This document shows, one piece after another, positions 34,030 to 48,300 of a stretch of DNA of 64,000 nt. The position numbers and the translations under genes are program-made. The notes beneath the pieces were generated by a model. The model saw only the letters and a program-made list of their open reading frames with translations, was not told the DNA's origin and did not search any database. The stretch comes from Moniliella sp. 'wahieum' (Eukaryota): NCBI GenBank assembly GCA_003971905.1, contig RSEE01000135.1, positions 1 to 64,000 on the forward strand, read 5' to 3'. Position 1 is the stretch's first letter. Each line of letters starts with the position of its first letter.

Positions 34030-35402
34030 ATGCAGCTCGCTCCTCTTTTCCTTGCCCTTGCTGCTGCCGCCCCGGCGCTGGCCAAGGAGGCCAAGTCCTC
34101 CGAGGCGAGTACCGTCGCCACAGCCTCCACGGCCGCCACTGCCTCCACGGCTGCTGCCAGCGCTGGCAGTGCGTCCGACAGTGGGGCGGTGCCCAAGTTC
34201 ACCTACTCGCGGCCTACGCACAACTACCCCGGTGTGATTGGCAGCCACAGGAATGGCCCTACCAACCCCAAAGCACCCTCGCTCAACACGCCCATCAACC
34301 AAACCAGTGTCGCCCGCCTCGCTTCGCTCAACTCGATTGACGATTGGTGCACCTTTGGGCCCGAGCCGCTCCACAATACCGATACCCTCGGCGACTTGGA
34401 GGCGACCACGGTGGCCTACTGCACCAAGCCACGCAACAATGCGCGTGTCATCGTACGTATCCATGATGGCCAAAGATTTGGATTTGGGTGCGTCAGGGGT
34501 ACCGGGGTGGTTGGGTAACTGACAGAATTGGTATCCACTTAACATACTAGCCGGACGGATCGGTGAAGACAGCTTCGTTTGTGCGTACGCCGCTTTACAT
34601 TCAGCTGCACGCGACGGGCGACTTTACCTCGCTCAACTTTGCCCCGGGCGACACGGGTGGAGAGCTGGACCCGCATGGAGCGACGAACCAGGGCAACCCT
34701 GTGGGCGGGAACGTGACGTCGAACATTGTGGACGGCAAGACGGATGTGTTTTACGAAGAGTGGATGAACTATGTGTCGGCGACGGAGCTGTGTTTCCGAG
34801 TGTGCATTGCCGGTTCGGCCGATGCGACGCCCGGGGAAGTGTGCCAGCACACGCTCGACGAGGTGGGCTGTGCGTGGGTCATGCCCCAAGCACCGGCACA
34901 GTACGACTTTGAAGTGTGCGATGCCGATGCAGCCTACCCGCCTGGTCTGTACCCCGACGGAACAGGCAAGACGAGCACGTTCCAACAGTACTTTACCGGT
35001 GTCTACACTGCCGGCAACCAGGTCATTAGTTACACCAACGGTGCCTCTACCGAAACCACCCCGACGGCCGCTTACTCCATCCCCTCTTCCAGCAACTGCG
35101 TCAGCCACACATCCATCAGCAACGGAATCCAATCGCTTGTCAGCTCCGCCTCTGCTGCCCCCAGCAGCAGCAGCAGTAGCAGTGCCGCTACCACCACCGC
35201 CAAAGCAAGTGGCAAGGGCAAGTCCTCGACCAGCGCTGTCGCTGTCGCCGCTACCACCTCTGTCGCTGGCACGACGGGGTCGAGCTCTGACGCCAGCAGT
35301 GGCATTGGTGCTGCCGCTTCGCACTCGCCCGCGAACCATGTGCGAGTGGGCATGAGCATGTTGGCGCTTACGGGGTTGGTGGCGGGTGCGGTGTTGTTGT
35401 AG
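34030..35402 (+). CDS. Secreted GPI-anchored mannoprotein, MP88-like
   Basis: Signal peptide MQLAPLFLALAAAAPALA; SLNSIDDWCTFGP...VAYCTKPRNNARVI|PDG; GDTGGELDPHGA...GNPVGG; YEEWMNYV; Ser/Thr-rich stalk; hydrophobic C-terminus. Intron 34453-34550. Confidence 0.88.
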
Positions 35403-36262
35403 AATCCGGATACCCACTTGTTTTTTTGTCCCTTTCACGGACCCTGTTCCCCCTCCTTTCCTGCCGAGCAGAGCACGATCCCTTCTCCTATGGCTGAAGC
35501 TGTCCTGCCCTCTGGACCGCTACGTACTGTGGCAGTCTGCTCGCCCTCTTGGATCGGCCCGGATCGGCACGGGTGTGGGTCGGGATGGGTGTTTTATTCT
35601 TGGAATTACCTTATTTTTTGAGCCCCCCTTTGTGGCCTCTTCCCCCTTCCCTCCCCCCATTGCACTCTAAATACTTCTCTCCCCGCTACGGATCGCATTC
35701 GTTTGCTTTTGATGATATCATCTACGTCCCAATTTACTTTTTACTCTCACGTCCACACTTGCTCCCACCTTGATCCACCGGTCATTGCCCGGTCGGTCGG
35801 GGGACGTAATCGTACTTGCTGTGGAAGATTGACATTGATAGTCATACCACGCCCACACTGCTTATCCCTTGCACATTGCCCAACCGTCGCTTGGTGACGA
35901 GAAGAGTGGGTAGTGCGTGACGTTGTGACGTGTGACCGGAGGGGTGTGCAACAACAGCGGAGATAGGGAGGAGGCGGATGGGGGTACGTACCACCAGTCG
36001 ACACCCCACTGCGCCCCAACGGATGCCCCAGCCTGGCTCCACCGCACCCTGTCTCTGTCCCGAGGCTGGCCGAGGCCGACCGGTGTCTGGCAACCCCACA
36101 GTCCATCGATGGAGGAAGGACGACGTGAATGGGAGCACCATTGATTTTCGCCTGGCTGCGATCCGCACGCGTGTGCTGCGAGTGTCCTGGGCCAAGTGGA
36201 TATATACCCGTTCTCCATCTGCCCCTCACCCCCCCCCCCCGCTGCGCCTCCAGTCGACCGAC

Positions 36263-37324
36263 ATGAGCATCGCCGCCGCCACCGCGAGCGTGGCACCCCT
36301 CACCGGCACAGCTGCTGTGCGCAGGGCTACCCTACCTGCGCGGGAGGACACTGTGTTCTACTCGCACGGCGTGCGCTGTGCTGCGTGGTGGTACCCGACC
36401 CCGCTGGCGCACAAGGGCCCCGCCATCGTCCTGGCCCATGGGCTGGGTGGCACGCGCGAGATGCGGCTGGAGGCATATGCACGCGTCTTCCAGGCAGCTG
36501 GGTACAGTGCGTTGGTGTTTGACTACCGGGTGCAGCGGTGCCTCGGACGGTTTCCCCCGCTTCCTCATTGACATTGGCATGCAACGGGAAGATTGGGTGG
36601 CGGCACTGACGTATGTGCGGTCGCTAGCGCTGGTGGACGCGGATCAGGTGGCGCTGTTTGGCACGTCGTTTAGTGGTGGCCATGTCCTCGCTGTTGCTGC
36701 GGACGATGCGAATGTCAAAGCTGTCATTTCGCAGTGCCCTTTCACCTCGGGACAAGCCAGTGCGTTCACCATTGGTTTCGGGTCTCTTCTCCGGCTTGCC
36801 TGGGCTGGAATCCAGGATCGCATTTGGGGCGCCAAGGTCGGCGATGACAAGACGCCCATCGTCACTGTTCCCGTGACGGGCACACAGGGCCAAGGTAGGT
36901 TCCCTGTTTCTGTTTCTCTCCCTCGTCTCCCTTTGCGTGTTGTCCATTCTTTGCTCACGCTGGCTGTGCTCATGCAGTTGCGTTCCTCAACGCTGCCGAT
37001 GCAATCCCGGGCTATGCGGCGCTGGGGCAAACAAACGAGACCAACAGGGTCGCGACTCGGCTTGCGCTGCAAATCGGCTTGGAGGAGCCCGGGCGGTATG
37101 CGCGGCACGTCCAGGCTCCCATCTTCTTTGGCGTGTGCGAGACGGATAGCTGTGCGCCCGCCAAGGCCACGCTGGCGTATGCCAACCAGGCCCCCCACCC
37201 GACGATCCAGGTGTACAAGAACACGGGCCACTTTGATATCTATGTAGGAGAAGCGTTTGAGAAGGCGTCGAAGGATTATGTTCAGTTCCTTTTTCGTCAC
37301 CTTCCAGTCGAGCAAGGGGTGTAG
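36263..37324 (+). CDS. Alpha/beta-fold hydrolase
   Basis: IVLAHGLGG, LVFDYR, nucleophile motif GTSFSGG, ETD acid and GHFDIY His motif. Intron ~36895-36977. Confidence 0.9.
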
Positions 37325-38385
37325 GCGGTTCCCACGCTCCGTTCGGCTGTCAGCGCGCATCTTCGTGCTTAACTTAAACTGGCAGTCTAACCGGCTAACA
37401 CAACTAAGGGCCCGTCGCCAATGTAATCCGACGTCTTTGCTTTGCCACTACGGTGAACAGTTACCACCGCACAGTGTTGGCTTCCTTAAACACAAAAAAC
37501 GTGTACCGATTTGGATTCCTTCTCCCAGAGTGCGTGCCGCATGCTCTTCCCCCCTCGCTTCACTACCTTCACCGTTTCCATTGTTCTTCTGCGTGCCGTT
37601 GCCCTGGTGAACAAGAGCATACCGGGAGCTCATCCAAGAAGACGCCGAGTACTGGTCGCACGCAAGTATGAAATGACGTTTTACTTGCAGAGCCAATGCC
37701 ACTTCCTGTCCTGGCTGAGGTACATTCTCTTGTGGTGGTTGATCGATGATCGTATCAGTCTATCCGTTTGTTCTCCTCTTGCGTACGCTCACCAAGCCAA
37801 AACTCGTGTTCTCTCCCCACTGAGGGTGTATAAGCCCAGCTGCCAACTCGCACGGGTCGACACCTCTTTGAGCGTTCGGCCTTGGTCTCTCTTTTCCTCA
37901 CAGCGTGTCCATTCCGGTTTCCAAAAAATAACGCGTGCGCTGCGTCTTCCCTTGCATCGTTTCTCCCCTTTACTGCAGTCTTATCGACGTAACGGACGAC
38001 CTGGGTCGTCTCGGTTGCTTGCGGCGCTTCGAATTGCCGCAGCCCGGACACACCGCGAACGCAGCTACAAGCGGGGGATCTCTACGCCTTAGGAACGGTA
38101 GGGAAGCCTCCACGCGAAGCAAGTTTTAACTGGTCACATGCATCCGTCGCGTCGCATGGGTGTACGCTTGCACTTTTCTCTGTTCTATGCCCGTTTTTGC
38201 ACAGTAGCATGACTTGTAGACGAGCAAACATATCGTGGCGCTGAAGAAATGTGAATGGTGTGGGATTATCGAGAACATCTGCGTGGATAGAGTGCGATTT
38301 GGCCGGCCTAGTACACGCCACTGTCGCATGCCGTATACCGTAGGCCGTATGCCGTGTTGCATGCACCTCCCGCCCGCACCGCATC

Positions 38386-39720
38386 CTAGCACCAACCTGA
38401 CCACCTTGCCCTGCCCTCAAACAGCGGCGCGGGGGAGACCGCATGTACAACGTGAGGGCACCACGTGCAAATGCAACGACCGAGCAGAGCGTCGTACCGA
38501 TACAAACACATCACAACGCCATGTGCCCAGCTGCGACGGGCCTGACGGTGTCGGTACTCCGCTTGGACTTCCTCTTCGAGCGCATGGGACAGCTGGTCGA
38601 ACCATGCCGACGCATCGGCCGCTTCTAACGTCTGGTCCGGGTCGGTCTCGTCCTTCGGAAGAGAAGGGAGAGGTAACCCCTTGCCCATTCGGACCAGAGG
38701 TTCTCCCACTGCTTGCGCCACGCGCATCAAGCGCGTGTTCACCCACACCGATAGCGCACTGGGCGTCGCCTTTCCCGCAGTGGCGGTTGGAGTGTCGGTT
38801 TCACCCCCGGTTTGGGGTTCGTGGTCCGTCTCGTCTAGCTCGTCCGACCCGGCCGGCGGGGGCGGGATGGCGAACGGTCCATGGTCCTGCACGTACTCGA
38901 TAAACTCATAAATCTACTCAGCGGACAAATATCAGTACCCCGTACCTGTGCGCTGTCCATGTGCGCCCATACGACCCAACGAAAGCAAGAAAGCAAAAAG
39001 ACAAAAAGAGGGAGGTAGGAACGTACGTTGGCAACGCCCAGTACGCGACGCAAAATTTGCCATCCCAGGACCGTTGACGCACCCACAATCGCCAGTGACA
39101 CAGCAAACGCTTGGAACGCCATCTGGACCGCATCGCCCGACACTTTGCTCGTCTCTTCCGCGTCGTCCCCGCCGCCACCCAAGGGCGACCGTAGGCTGGC
39201 CAACAACGCCGCTCGCGCCGCTGCGTTCTGCGCTGCGTCACTTGGTTCCCGCACGCCTGTCTGTTTGGGGTGCGACGGCGGGCGTCGGGTCAGCGCCGAG
39301 GGGGGCGAAGAAAGTGACGAATGGGAAGGGACCACTGGGGCCGCTGGGGCGGCAGTGGCGGGGGGGGGCGCTTTGCGCAGGGACGCTACGCCGGGTGAGG
39401 CGGTGTGGTGCGCGTCGGCAGCGAGGGATTCGAGGATGGAGGCGGCTTTGGGGGTGCGGATGCGGCGAATCTGCCACAGCGTGGTGGCGGCAAAGGCGAC
39501 GGTGGCGGTGAGGCCGACGGCGACCAGGCGGTGCTTGGCGTAGGGCGGGAAGGGGGTGGTGTGGGAGCGTGCTTCGGGGGGCGTGTGGAGCAGGGCGACG
39601 ACGCGTGAGCGTGCCTCGTCACTCGAGGGTGGTGGTGGTGGAGGGGGTGGCGATGGCGGTGGCGGCGGTGCTGGTGGTGGTGGGGGACGAGGAGGAGGCA
39701 AAGGGCCACAGGGCAGGCAT
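38386..39720 (-). CDS. Putative mitochondrial membrane protein, TMEM242/Aim11-like; 3' end uncertain
   Basis: Two hydrophobic segments (LVAVGLTATVAFAATTLW; AFQAFAVSLAIVGASTVLGWQILRRVLGVAN), an intron at ~38921-39026, then DEFIEYVQDHG... Family assignment is by motif resemblance only. Confidence 0.55.
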
Positions 39721-39874
39721 GGTGTTGGTTGTGTGTTGGTTGTGTTAGGGAAGTACAGAAGTACTGTTGGTGCATGGCGGAATGGCGGGCGGAAGGGAAT
39801 TGAATTTGCCCCAGATTGGGTGCTGGTGCGCCGTGCCAGAATCTCTAAGAGATACCGATAGAGAGACCACCACC

Positions 39875-41120
39875 ATGCCCGACCTCTGCCCGCTGCCCGT
39901 CGTGGGCGCGCTGGCCACCGACAGCGCCAGCCCACCGTCCTCCACATCGCCGTCGCCCAGATCCTGCCCTCCACCGACGGCCTGGCTGGCGCCGGCGGCG
40001 TGCCGAAGCTCGCCGCGCTCACCGCGTACGCCGCCGCCGCCGGCGCAGACGTGGTGGTGGTGCCCGAGTACTTTAGCGGCGCCACCCACGACGAGTGGCG
40101 TGCTGTCCGCCACACGGGCCCTTCCGCTGCCCCGCCTGGGGGGGTACGTCTTCCACACACACATACACATCTCCTTCTCCTTCTCCTTCTCCTTCTCACG
40201 CTCACTCTGCTCTCCAGACGCCGCTGCCGGCGGACCACTGGCTCGCCGAGGTGCAGCAGCTCGCGCGCCAGCACAACATCAACATTGTCGCCGGCACCGT
40301 CGTCGAGACGCGCGCCCAGGACGACGACGACGACAAGAACGACGCTTCTCCGCTGTACAACACAGCCTACTGCGTCTCGCGCCACGGCACGCTCGCTGGG
40401 CGCTACACCAAGCGCAACCTGTGGCACCCTGAGCGTCAAACGCTTACCGCCGGCTCCGATGCCACCCACACCGATCCGCCCGTCTTTGACCTCGACACAC
40501 GTCGCGGCCACCGCTTCCGCGCTGCGATGGCTATTTGTGTACGTTCTATCCCCCCTCGTTTGCCTCGATGTTCTTGACTCACACTCTTCCCCCCCAGTGG
40601 GACATGGCCTGGCCCGAAATGTTCCGCCGCATGATCACCCCCTCGCCCGATGGCGCCGGCATGGTCGGTCCTGATGTGTACGTCCCCCCCTGACACCACC
40701 CTTGGTGCTGCTGACTCGAGTGTGTGTCGTAGGGTGTTTCTGCCGACATGCTGGTACGGGTCGGATGCGTCGCCGCTGGGCCTGCAGTGGAACCAGTACG
40801 GCGGCGAAGCGCACCTGCTCGACTCGATCGTGTTTGCGCGTGCGATCGAGACGGAGGCCGTGATGGTGCTGGCCAACATCAGTGGTCCCGCCTGGCCCGA
40901 CGACGTGACGACCAATGCGGAAGCAGCCGCGTATGTCGCCAAGGGCGGCGTTGCCGGTGTCGGACGCTCGACCATCGCCGCGCCGTTTGTGGGCGCGGTG
41001 GGCAGGGTCGACGGGCCAGGAGAAGCTCTGCTGCTCGGGTCGGTCGACTTGGCGCTCCTGCCCGACGCGCGCTCCGTCTTTCGCATCCGCCACGACTTGC
41101 ACGCCGCCGCTCCGGCATAG
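39875..41120 (+). CDS. Carbon-nitrogen hydrolase (nitrilase superfamily), 3 introns
   Basis: HIAVAQ, ADVVVVPEY (Glu), LYNTAY, YTKRNLWHPER (Lys), AICWDMAWPE (Cys), ARAIETE. Introns ~40144-40217, 40539-40597, 40678-40732. Confidence 0.92.
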
Positions 41121-41253
41121 AGTCCTCCTGTAGTCACTAGGCATACTTCAAACGCTTTTCTGTCACAGACCGTCGCGTAGCGCGCTTATCTTATCCAAAT
41201 ATACTTCTCTTGCCCCACACGCAAGCACCCACCCCACTACCACCACCACCACC

Positions 41254-42310
41254 ATGGACCTTCCGCTCCCCACCACCGGCCACTTCGTCCCCTCCGAGTC
41301 GAAGCGCGTGGTGCACATTGCCACGGCGCAACTCGCGCCCGCGCCCAAGGGACTGCACGACCCAGCCGCGGCTGGGCTGGCGCACTTGGCGCGCGTCGCG
41401 GCGCAAGCCGCCCAGGCCGGCGCAGATATCCTCGTGGTGCCAGAGTACCACTTGTCCGGCGCGACGCCAGAGGAGTTGGTGTCGGTGCGGCAGCATGGCG
41501 GTCCACTTCCCTTGCCCGTGGGCTCGGTCCCGCGCACGCCACCGCCGACCCACTGGCTCGCGACCGTCGCTGCGATCGCCCAGGCCGAGCACCTGCACTC
41601 ATTGTGGGCTCGGTGGCCGAGGTGGGCGAGCACCCGGATCCGAATCCGGATCCGACGACGGCACAGAAAAAAAAGTTGTACAACTCGGCGTATGCGGTGG
41701 CGAGTACGGGGCAGGTGGTCGGGCGGTACACCAAGCGCCATCTGTGGCATCCCGAGCGACATGCCTTTTCGCCCGGCACGGACCAAACCCATCCCGACCC
41801 ACCGCTCTTCTCGCTGCCCATCCGCGGCGAGAGATCACCGTCGCGATGGCCATCTGCTGGGACCTGGCCTGGCCGCGCGCCTTTGCGCGCATGCTCGTCA
41901 AGCGCAATGGGCACCAACAGGTCGACGGTCCGGACGTGGTGTTTGTGCCGTCGCACTGGAACGCGACGGACGCCGGGGCGCAAGGGCTGCGGTGGGAGGC
42001 GGCGGAGCAGAAGCTGGTGCAGGCTGCGCTCGTCGCGCGCGCGGTGGAGACCGAGGCGTACATTGTGTTTGCCAACGTTGCCCACGCGGCGGTGGCGGCG
42101 GGGACGAGTGGCGAGCAGGCGGCGGCGCAGTGGGAGACGACGTGCGAAGCGCAGGGTCTGGGCCACTCGGCTGTCGCCGCGCCGTTCCAGGGCGTGCTGG
42201 CCTGCTTGCCCGACGCCGAGCCTGGCCTGCTGCTCACCACGCTCGACCTCCGCCTGCTCGACGCCGCGCGCGACGTGTACCGCATGCGCTTCGACCTGGC
42301 GCACATGTAG
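41254..42310 (+). CDS. Carbon-nitrogen hydrolase, tandem paralog, apparently intronless
   Basis: HIATAQ, ADILVVPEY, LYNSAY, YTKRHLWHPER, MAICWDLAWP and ARAVETE read contiguously apart from single-base frameshifts. Confidence 0.9.
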
Positions 42311-42384
42311 TCTCTAAGTCTTCTCTCGCGAATGCTATTCATTCGTCCATGCGTATCTTTACTTCCCTACCATAGTTAGCCCTT

Positions 42385-45300
42385 TCACGCCGAAAGGCGC
42401 GCCGCGACCACCACCTCGTCCAGCGGCAGCAATCGCGCGTCGGCCCAGCCGAGCCGGTGGTGCGGCGCCGCAGCGCGCGCGAGGACCAGCGCGCCGGCCT
42501 GCACCGCCGCCGCAATCACAAGACGCATCTCCACCCCATCCAGCGCAGCGTGCAGCGCCTGCGCCACCTGCGCCAACGGTGTCGGCGGTCGGAACGTCAG
42601 CCACGCCACCACCGCCACCACGGCCGCCCGCCACACCGTCTCGTCCGTCCCGCCGGGCGCCATCCAGCTTGCGGGCTGCACCCAGTGCGCAACAGATCCA
42701 TCTGTTCTGGCCGTCTCGTCGTTCGTCTCGCCCATGGGAACGGACATGGGCACGGGAACCGGCACGTTCACAGCCCAGTCGGGTACAAAGCACGATGCGA
42801 CCAGGCGTTCTTGGTCGTAGCCCGTGGAAAACACGTTGCCGCTCGCTTCGAGCTGTTGGACCACCTCGAGCGTCGCGCCCTGCACCGCAAGGCCCAGTGG
42901 GCCCTTTTCTCGTACCCTCGCAACCTCAGCCTCAGCTCCAGCACCAGCACCAGTACCTGTCCAACCGGCATGGTCGTGCGGGACGAGCACAGTGGACGGG
43001 GCCGGGCACGCGTCGGGGCCTGCCGAGGCCCAGGTGTGCGGGGCAGGAACGGCCGCGGGGGTCAAAGGACGGTAGTGCACCGGCACCTCGACCATCTCGT
43101 CCGTCAAGAGTTTGGCCGAAAACGCAATCCCCGTCACGGTCGCCGGGAGGTGGGTTAAGTCCACGTCTAGCTCGGCGTGGCCGTGGGCCACAGCCTCGAT
43201 CAAGGCGAGTGCCTGCGCATCGGGCAAGTCGAGCCCCACTGCGCCCGGCGCGAACGAAGGCAGCTCCGACGCAGCTTGGCGCCACACGCTCAGTCCCAGT
43301 GGCGGTTCCACCATGGAAAGTGGGTCTTTGCCCAGCTTGTACCGTGGACCCGCGGGGAGAGGCGCAGCCCCCTGAACGCCAGCATCCACGTCAACATACA
43401 TTGCCATCGCCATCGCCATTACCAGCGGCGTCAATGTGGGGTTCCACAGCAGCCAGCGGACGAACAGCAGACGTGTCGCGCTGCAGCAGGCCGTCGGCCA
43501 CGAGCGCGTCCAAGGCGGCCTGGACGCGGTCGGGGGTGAAGCGGGGATTGAGCCGCACCAACTCGGAGGGCGCGACAGGCTTGGTGTGGCGCACATACAT
43601 CCGGATCGCCGAGCGGAGCAAGAGCTCCTGGTTGGTCTGCTGCTGTGCCGACAAGGACGGCTGCGGCGGCACACCACCACCGCCGGGGTCCATTCCAAGT
43701 CCTCGCGCACGCCCTTGGCCGCGGCGCGGTCGCCGGTGAAGAGCGCGGTGAAGGGCGCGTCCCACGCGGGCTGCGGGACGGGATGGAGGTGCGAATCGGC
43801 GGGCGCGTGTGCGGGCAAACGCGGAACAAGGGTTTGCCGACGCAACGCACGCTTGTCGACGTGGCGGCGGAGGAAGAGGACATGCGCGCGGAGATCAAAG
43901 ACGGGCGAGAGCGGGTCCGGGTCCGGCAGGGCGGGCGTGCCGGCGTGGGCGGGCCAGAGGGCGAGCCAGGCGTGGGTGAGGCGGGCGAGGTAGGTGCGCT
44001 GGCGGATGCTGTGCTGCACCATCGCCGCCACCTTGCGCCGGCAGGTGGGCGCCGGGTGCTTGAGGTCGGTGAAGAGCTGCGCGAGCGCGATCCACGACGA
44101 CTTGCCGCGCGCACGCCGTCGCGCGCACGCAGGATCGCCACGCAGTCCCGCAGCACCTCCTCGATCGCGCCGGTCCAGGCGTACTCCTGGTCGGTTTTCA
44201 GCAGTCCAGAACGCTTCGTGCGCGTCGTGCGTGTCGTCTTGCCCGTGCTCTTGCCCTTCGTGCCCACCACAACGCGCCCGCGCCGCCGCACCACCGACTC
44301 GGCCGTCTTCTGCACCGTCAGGCGGACCATCGCGCGCGTCTCGACCGCGCTCAGCGCCACGTCGCCCGCGGCCCACGCGGCGCGGTGCGGTCGCAGATGG
44401 TTGCGCAGAAACGCCCGTTCCTCCTCTGCCGCCGGGAAGCGCGAAAGGTACTCGTCCAGCCGCGCATCGAACCACCGGAACCGGCTCCGACGCACCTCCC
44501 ACGCCTTCATGCCCACGCGCACGCGCAGCGCACGCCGGTCTGCCGCCGCCTGCTCGGCCCACACGTGCTGCTGCAGCGGCTCCGAGTCGGACAGCGCGGC
44601 TTCGTACTCCCCGCCGTCGTCGTCCTCTTCGTCCTCCTCCTCCTCCTCGGCGTCCGACGAGGCGGACTCACGCTGGCGTCGCGCACGCTTGCGTCGCTGC
44701 GCGCGCGCACGCGCCTTGGCTGCCGCCGCGGCTTCCTCCACCTGGGCCAGGCGCGAGACGTAGTTGACCACGACCCAGACGGGCGCGGCAATCGCATCGG
44801 CCAAAGCTTGCAGCTGCGCCGGGTCCGACTCCAACTGCGACGCGCCGACCAGGTCGCGGAACTGCCGAATGCGAGCCAGCTGTCGCTCCACCATAAAGTA
44901 CCCGCGCCGCCACGAGTGCGAATGGAACCGAGGAAAGTTCTTGTTGGTCGTCCGTGGCGCACCGAGCTCCGGCGGGCACCGCCTCGGGCTTGACCGTCAG
45001 CGGGAGCAGGTTCCCGCGTGGGTCCTCCCCAGTTGGAGTCCCAGTCCCAGTCGCCGTGGGATGGAACAGGCGAGAGCGCGCGTGCGAGTGCGACGTGGAT
45101 GCGGACCCCGACCCAGCGGATCCAGACGGTGGCGCGTCGGGCGGGCGCCGGAAGGCGAGGAGAGACTGCTGCTCCATCGTGTCCCAGTAGGACCGCACTT
45201 GGTCTGCGTCGAGGAGATCGGTGGTGCCCAGCTGGGGCGGCAAGCGTTCCTTGTCCCACCCCTTGGCCCAGTCATACACGGGCACGTCGCGCGAGACCAA

Positions 45301-48300
45301 CACCCACTGGGCGGGGGGCTTGGCAGCGCCGGTGGTGGGGATGGTGTTGATGGCGGTGGGGACGGTGTTGGTGGTGTTGGTGGGACGCACGAGCCCCAGG
45401 GCGCGGAGGACGCGGGTGTGGCTGGCGAGCACCTGGCGGAGGCGGGCGGGGTTGAGGAAGGAGGCCTTGACGTGCTCGGGCAGCTGGTGGACCGGCAGGG
45501 ATCGCCAGCGGTCGCTCTCGACAAACTGCTTGGCCTGGTACGCATCCGCAAAGTAGTTGGGCGGCACAATCTGCATCAGCCGCTCGAACGGCACGTCGAG
45601 CCACACCGTGTCGAGGCAGAACGCACGACCTTCTCCGTCGCCATCGCCATGTCCATTGTCATTGCCATCACCTTCACGCTCGCGCTCGCCATCGCCCTTG
45701 GCGTACGTCCGCAGCGCATCGTACGCCGCCTTGACGCGCGCCATCGTGCCCGGGATCAAGCCCAGCGCATAGTGCACCTCCTCCGTGCCCGAGCGCACCG
45801 ACTCGGCCCATCGCGCCAGCAGCTGGTCCGGCTCAGTGATGACCTTCTCCTCGACCGCCGCGCGACGGCGCGAGTGCGTGCGGAACGACACGGAGCGCTG
45901 CACTTTGTCGATGAGCATCGGCGGTGTGTCCAGTGCCAGTGGTGGTGGACGGCCCTCCTGCGCCACCTGGGCTAGATACGCATCTTTACGCTCTGCATCC
46001 ACATCGGGAAGAAACACCACTGTCCGCTGAGTGCCCGTGAGCGTGCTGAGCTTCGTCGAGCCCACGCGCGCTTGCCGTTCCAACGACCCCAACGCCGTCC
46101 GACGCGTCTTGAGATCGGTCAGACTCAGTGCGCGGTCACTCGCCTCGGCCTGCCGCGCCGCCACAACGGCAAACGCACTAGCCAACTGCACCGTGTCGAG
46201 GATCCCACCGTGGTCCTGCAGCGCTTCCAGCAGCAACGCTTCTCGTCTCGCAGCTACCTGCCACCGCCCCGCGCGCGCCGCTTTCACTTTGGCGTTGGCA
46301 TTGGCTTTCGCCCCCTCGGCCAGCGCGGAGGAGCGCCCTGGAGACCCGGCAGCGGCCACGGGCGTGCTGGACGACGCTTGCGTCGACACGTGCACGTGCG
46401 ACTGGGACATGGCCATCGTCGCGGCGTACGCAAGCGGATCGGGATGAGCGGCAGCACCGGCCACTCCAGCGGCCGCGCTCTCCTCGGCCTGGGCGGCAAG
46501 TTGCTCACAGGTGGACGCCGACGTATCCGGCGGGACAGAGGGGGGGACTGGAACAGCAGCAGCAGTTGCAGTTGCAGTTGCAGTTGCAGTTTGCCGCGCT
46601 GCGGGCGGAGGCAGCGCCGCCCCTTCGTCGGTTTGTGCCCGCGCGCGTTTGCGTGTAGCGGCGCGGGGTGGGGAGGGGGCGTGCTCCGGCGTGGGTGGTG
46701 CCGCATCGGCATGGCCAACTTGGCCAACTGGATCAACTTGATCAACTTGGTCGGCGTTGGCGTCGGCATGGGCGTCGGTGTGGGGGGACGATCCGTCTGC
46801 GCAGGGAGAGACGGAACGGAGTCCGCATCGAGGACGCGATCGACGGAGCTCGTCTCGGCCGGCTGCGGCGTGGCCAGCGGCGGAGGGAGCGTGGACGTGG
46901 ATGGGCGAGTGGAGGTGGAAAGACGTGCGCGTGAGCGCGAGGGCCGTGCGGGACGGATGGGCTTACCATTCGCGTCGCGCGGATACTTGCGTGGCCGACC
47001 GAGGATGGGCACGCCACGCTCGTCCACCCGCACGGGTTTCTTGGTGGTGCTCGAGATGCGCAACTTGGGCTCGGAGGAGGCGTTACTGGTGGTGGTGGTG
47101 GTGGGAGGGGCACGACGGCGGGGGGGGGGTGCACCTGGCTGGGACGCAGGCCGAGGTGGTGGTGAGGGCGCAGACGCAAGCGGCGCAACGCCTCTTCCGG
47201 GCCAGCATGTGATCCCGACCGTTTCGTCCGCGTCGCATTGCCGGCCGAGACGAGGGAGAGCATGGCCTGCCGCCCGGCCGCGCCGTCGAGCACGACCTCC
47301 CCGGGGACCAACATGTCGTTGGGGGTACCCTCGGCGGCGGTGGTGGCGTTCCCCTCGGTACCCTCGGGGGCGGTGAAGTACTGGACAAAGACACGCTTTT
47401 CTTGGCGCATGGTGACGGTGAGCGCGCGCGTGTCGACCATCTGGGCGAGCAGGTCGGCGAGGGAGCGCTGGAGCGGGCGCGTGTCGGTGATGCCCATGGC
47501 GCGGAGAAGCGCGCGGGCAGACAAGCCGCCGTGATGGTGGTGGTTAGCAGCCAGACGACGGATGTGCGCTTCGAGCCCGCGTTCGCGCGCGAGCAAAGGC
47601 GTCAAGGCCAAGTGCAGCTGCGCCGCGAGCGGCGCCGAAGCCTCCTGCGACGCCGCCAAAGCGCGCTCCTCCATCTCCACCACGGCGGTGCGCCCAGCGG
47701 CGGTGATCTGCAAGCACCGGATTGGCATCGACATGGAAGTGTGCGCCGCCACCACCATCTGCACCCACCCGCACGCCACCAGCTTGTCCACCGTGCGCGT
47801 AAACATGCCCTGCAGTTCGCGGTTCACGCGGCGGTACCCCTGGGGGAAAGTGTCAGCATCATCACCACCACCACCATCACCACCACCATCAACGACAACA
47901 TACCAGTCGGTGCAGCACGCGGAACCGCTCCACCGCCCCGTTGGGCGACGCAATGCACAGCTTGAGCAGCCGGATCTGCGTCACGAGGCGGTTGAGCATC
48001 AGCCGCGATCCCTCGGCGGGAACGAGTTGCGGGTAGGCATAGAACGCCGCGTCCTCCGTAGCATCCGTAGCATCCGCATCAGCAGGAGGAACATCCCCAC
48101 CGTCACCAGCAGGAGGAACGTCCCCACCATCACCAGCAGGAGGAATGGCCATCGCCTCTGCCGTGTCGGGCAGAGCGTCGTCGGGCGCCTCGAGCTTGAT
48201 GGCGGTGCGCGCACTGCGGCGCGGGCGCTTGGCCTTGGCCCCGCGCGCGGGCGGCAAGAGTCGAACGGGTTCTGGGTCCTGGATCCAAGTGCGGATCTCA

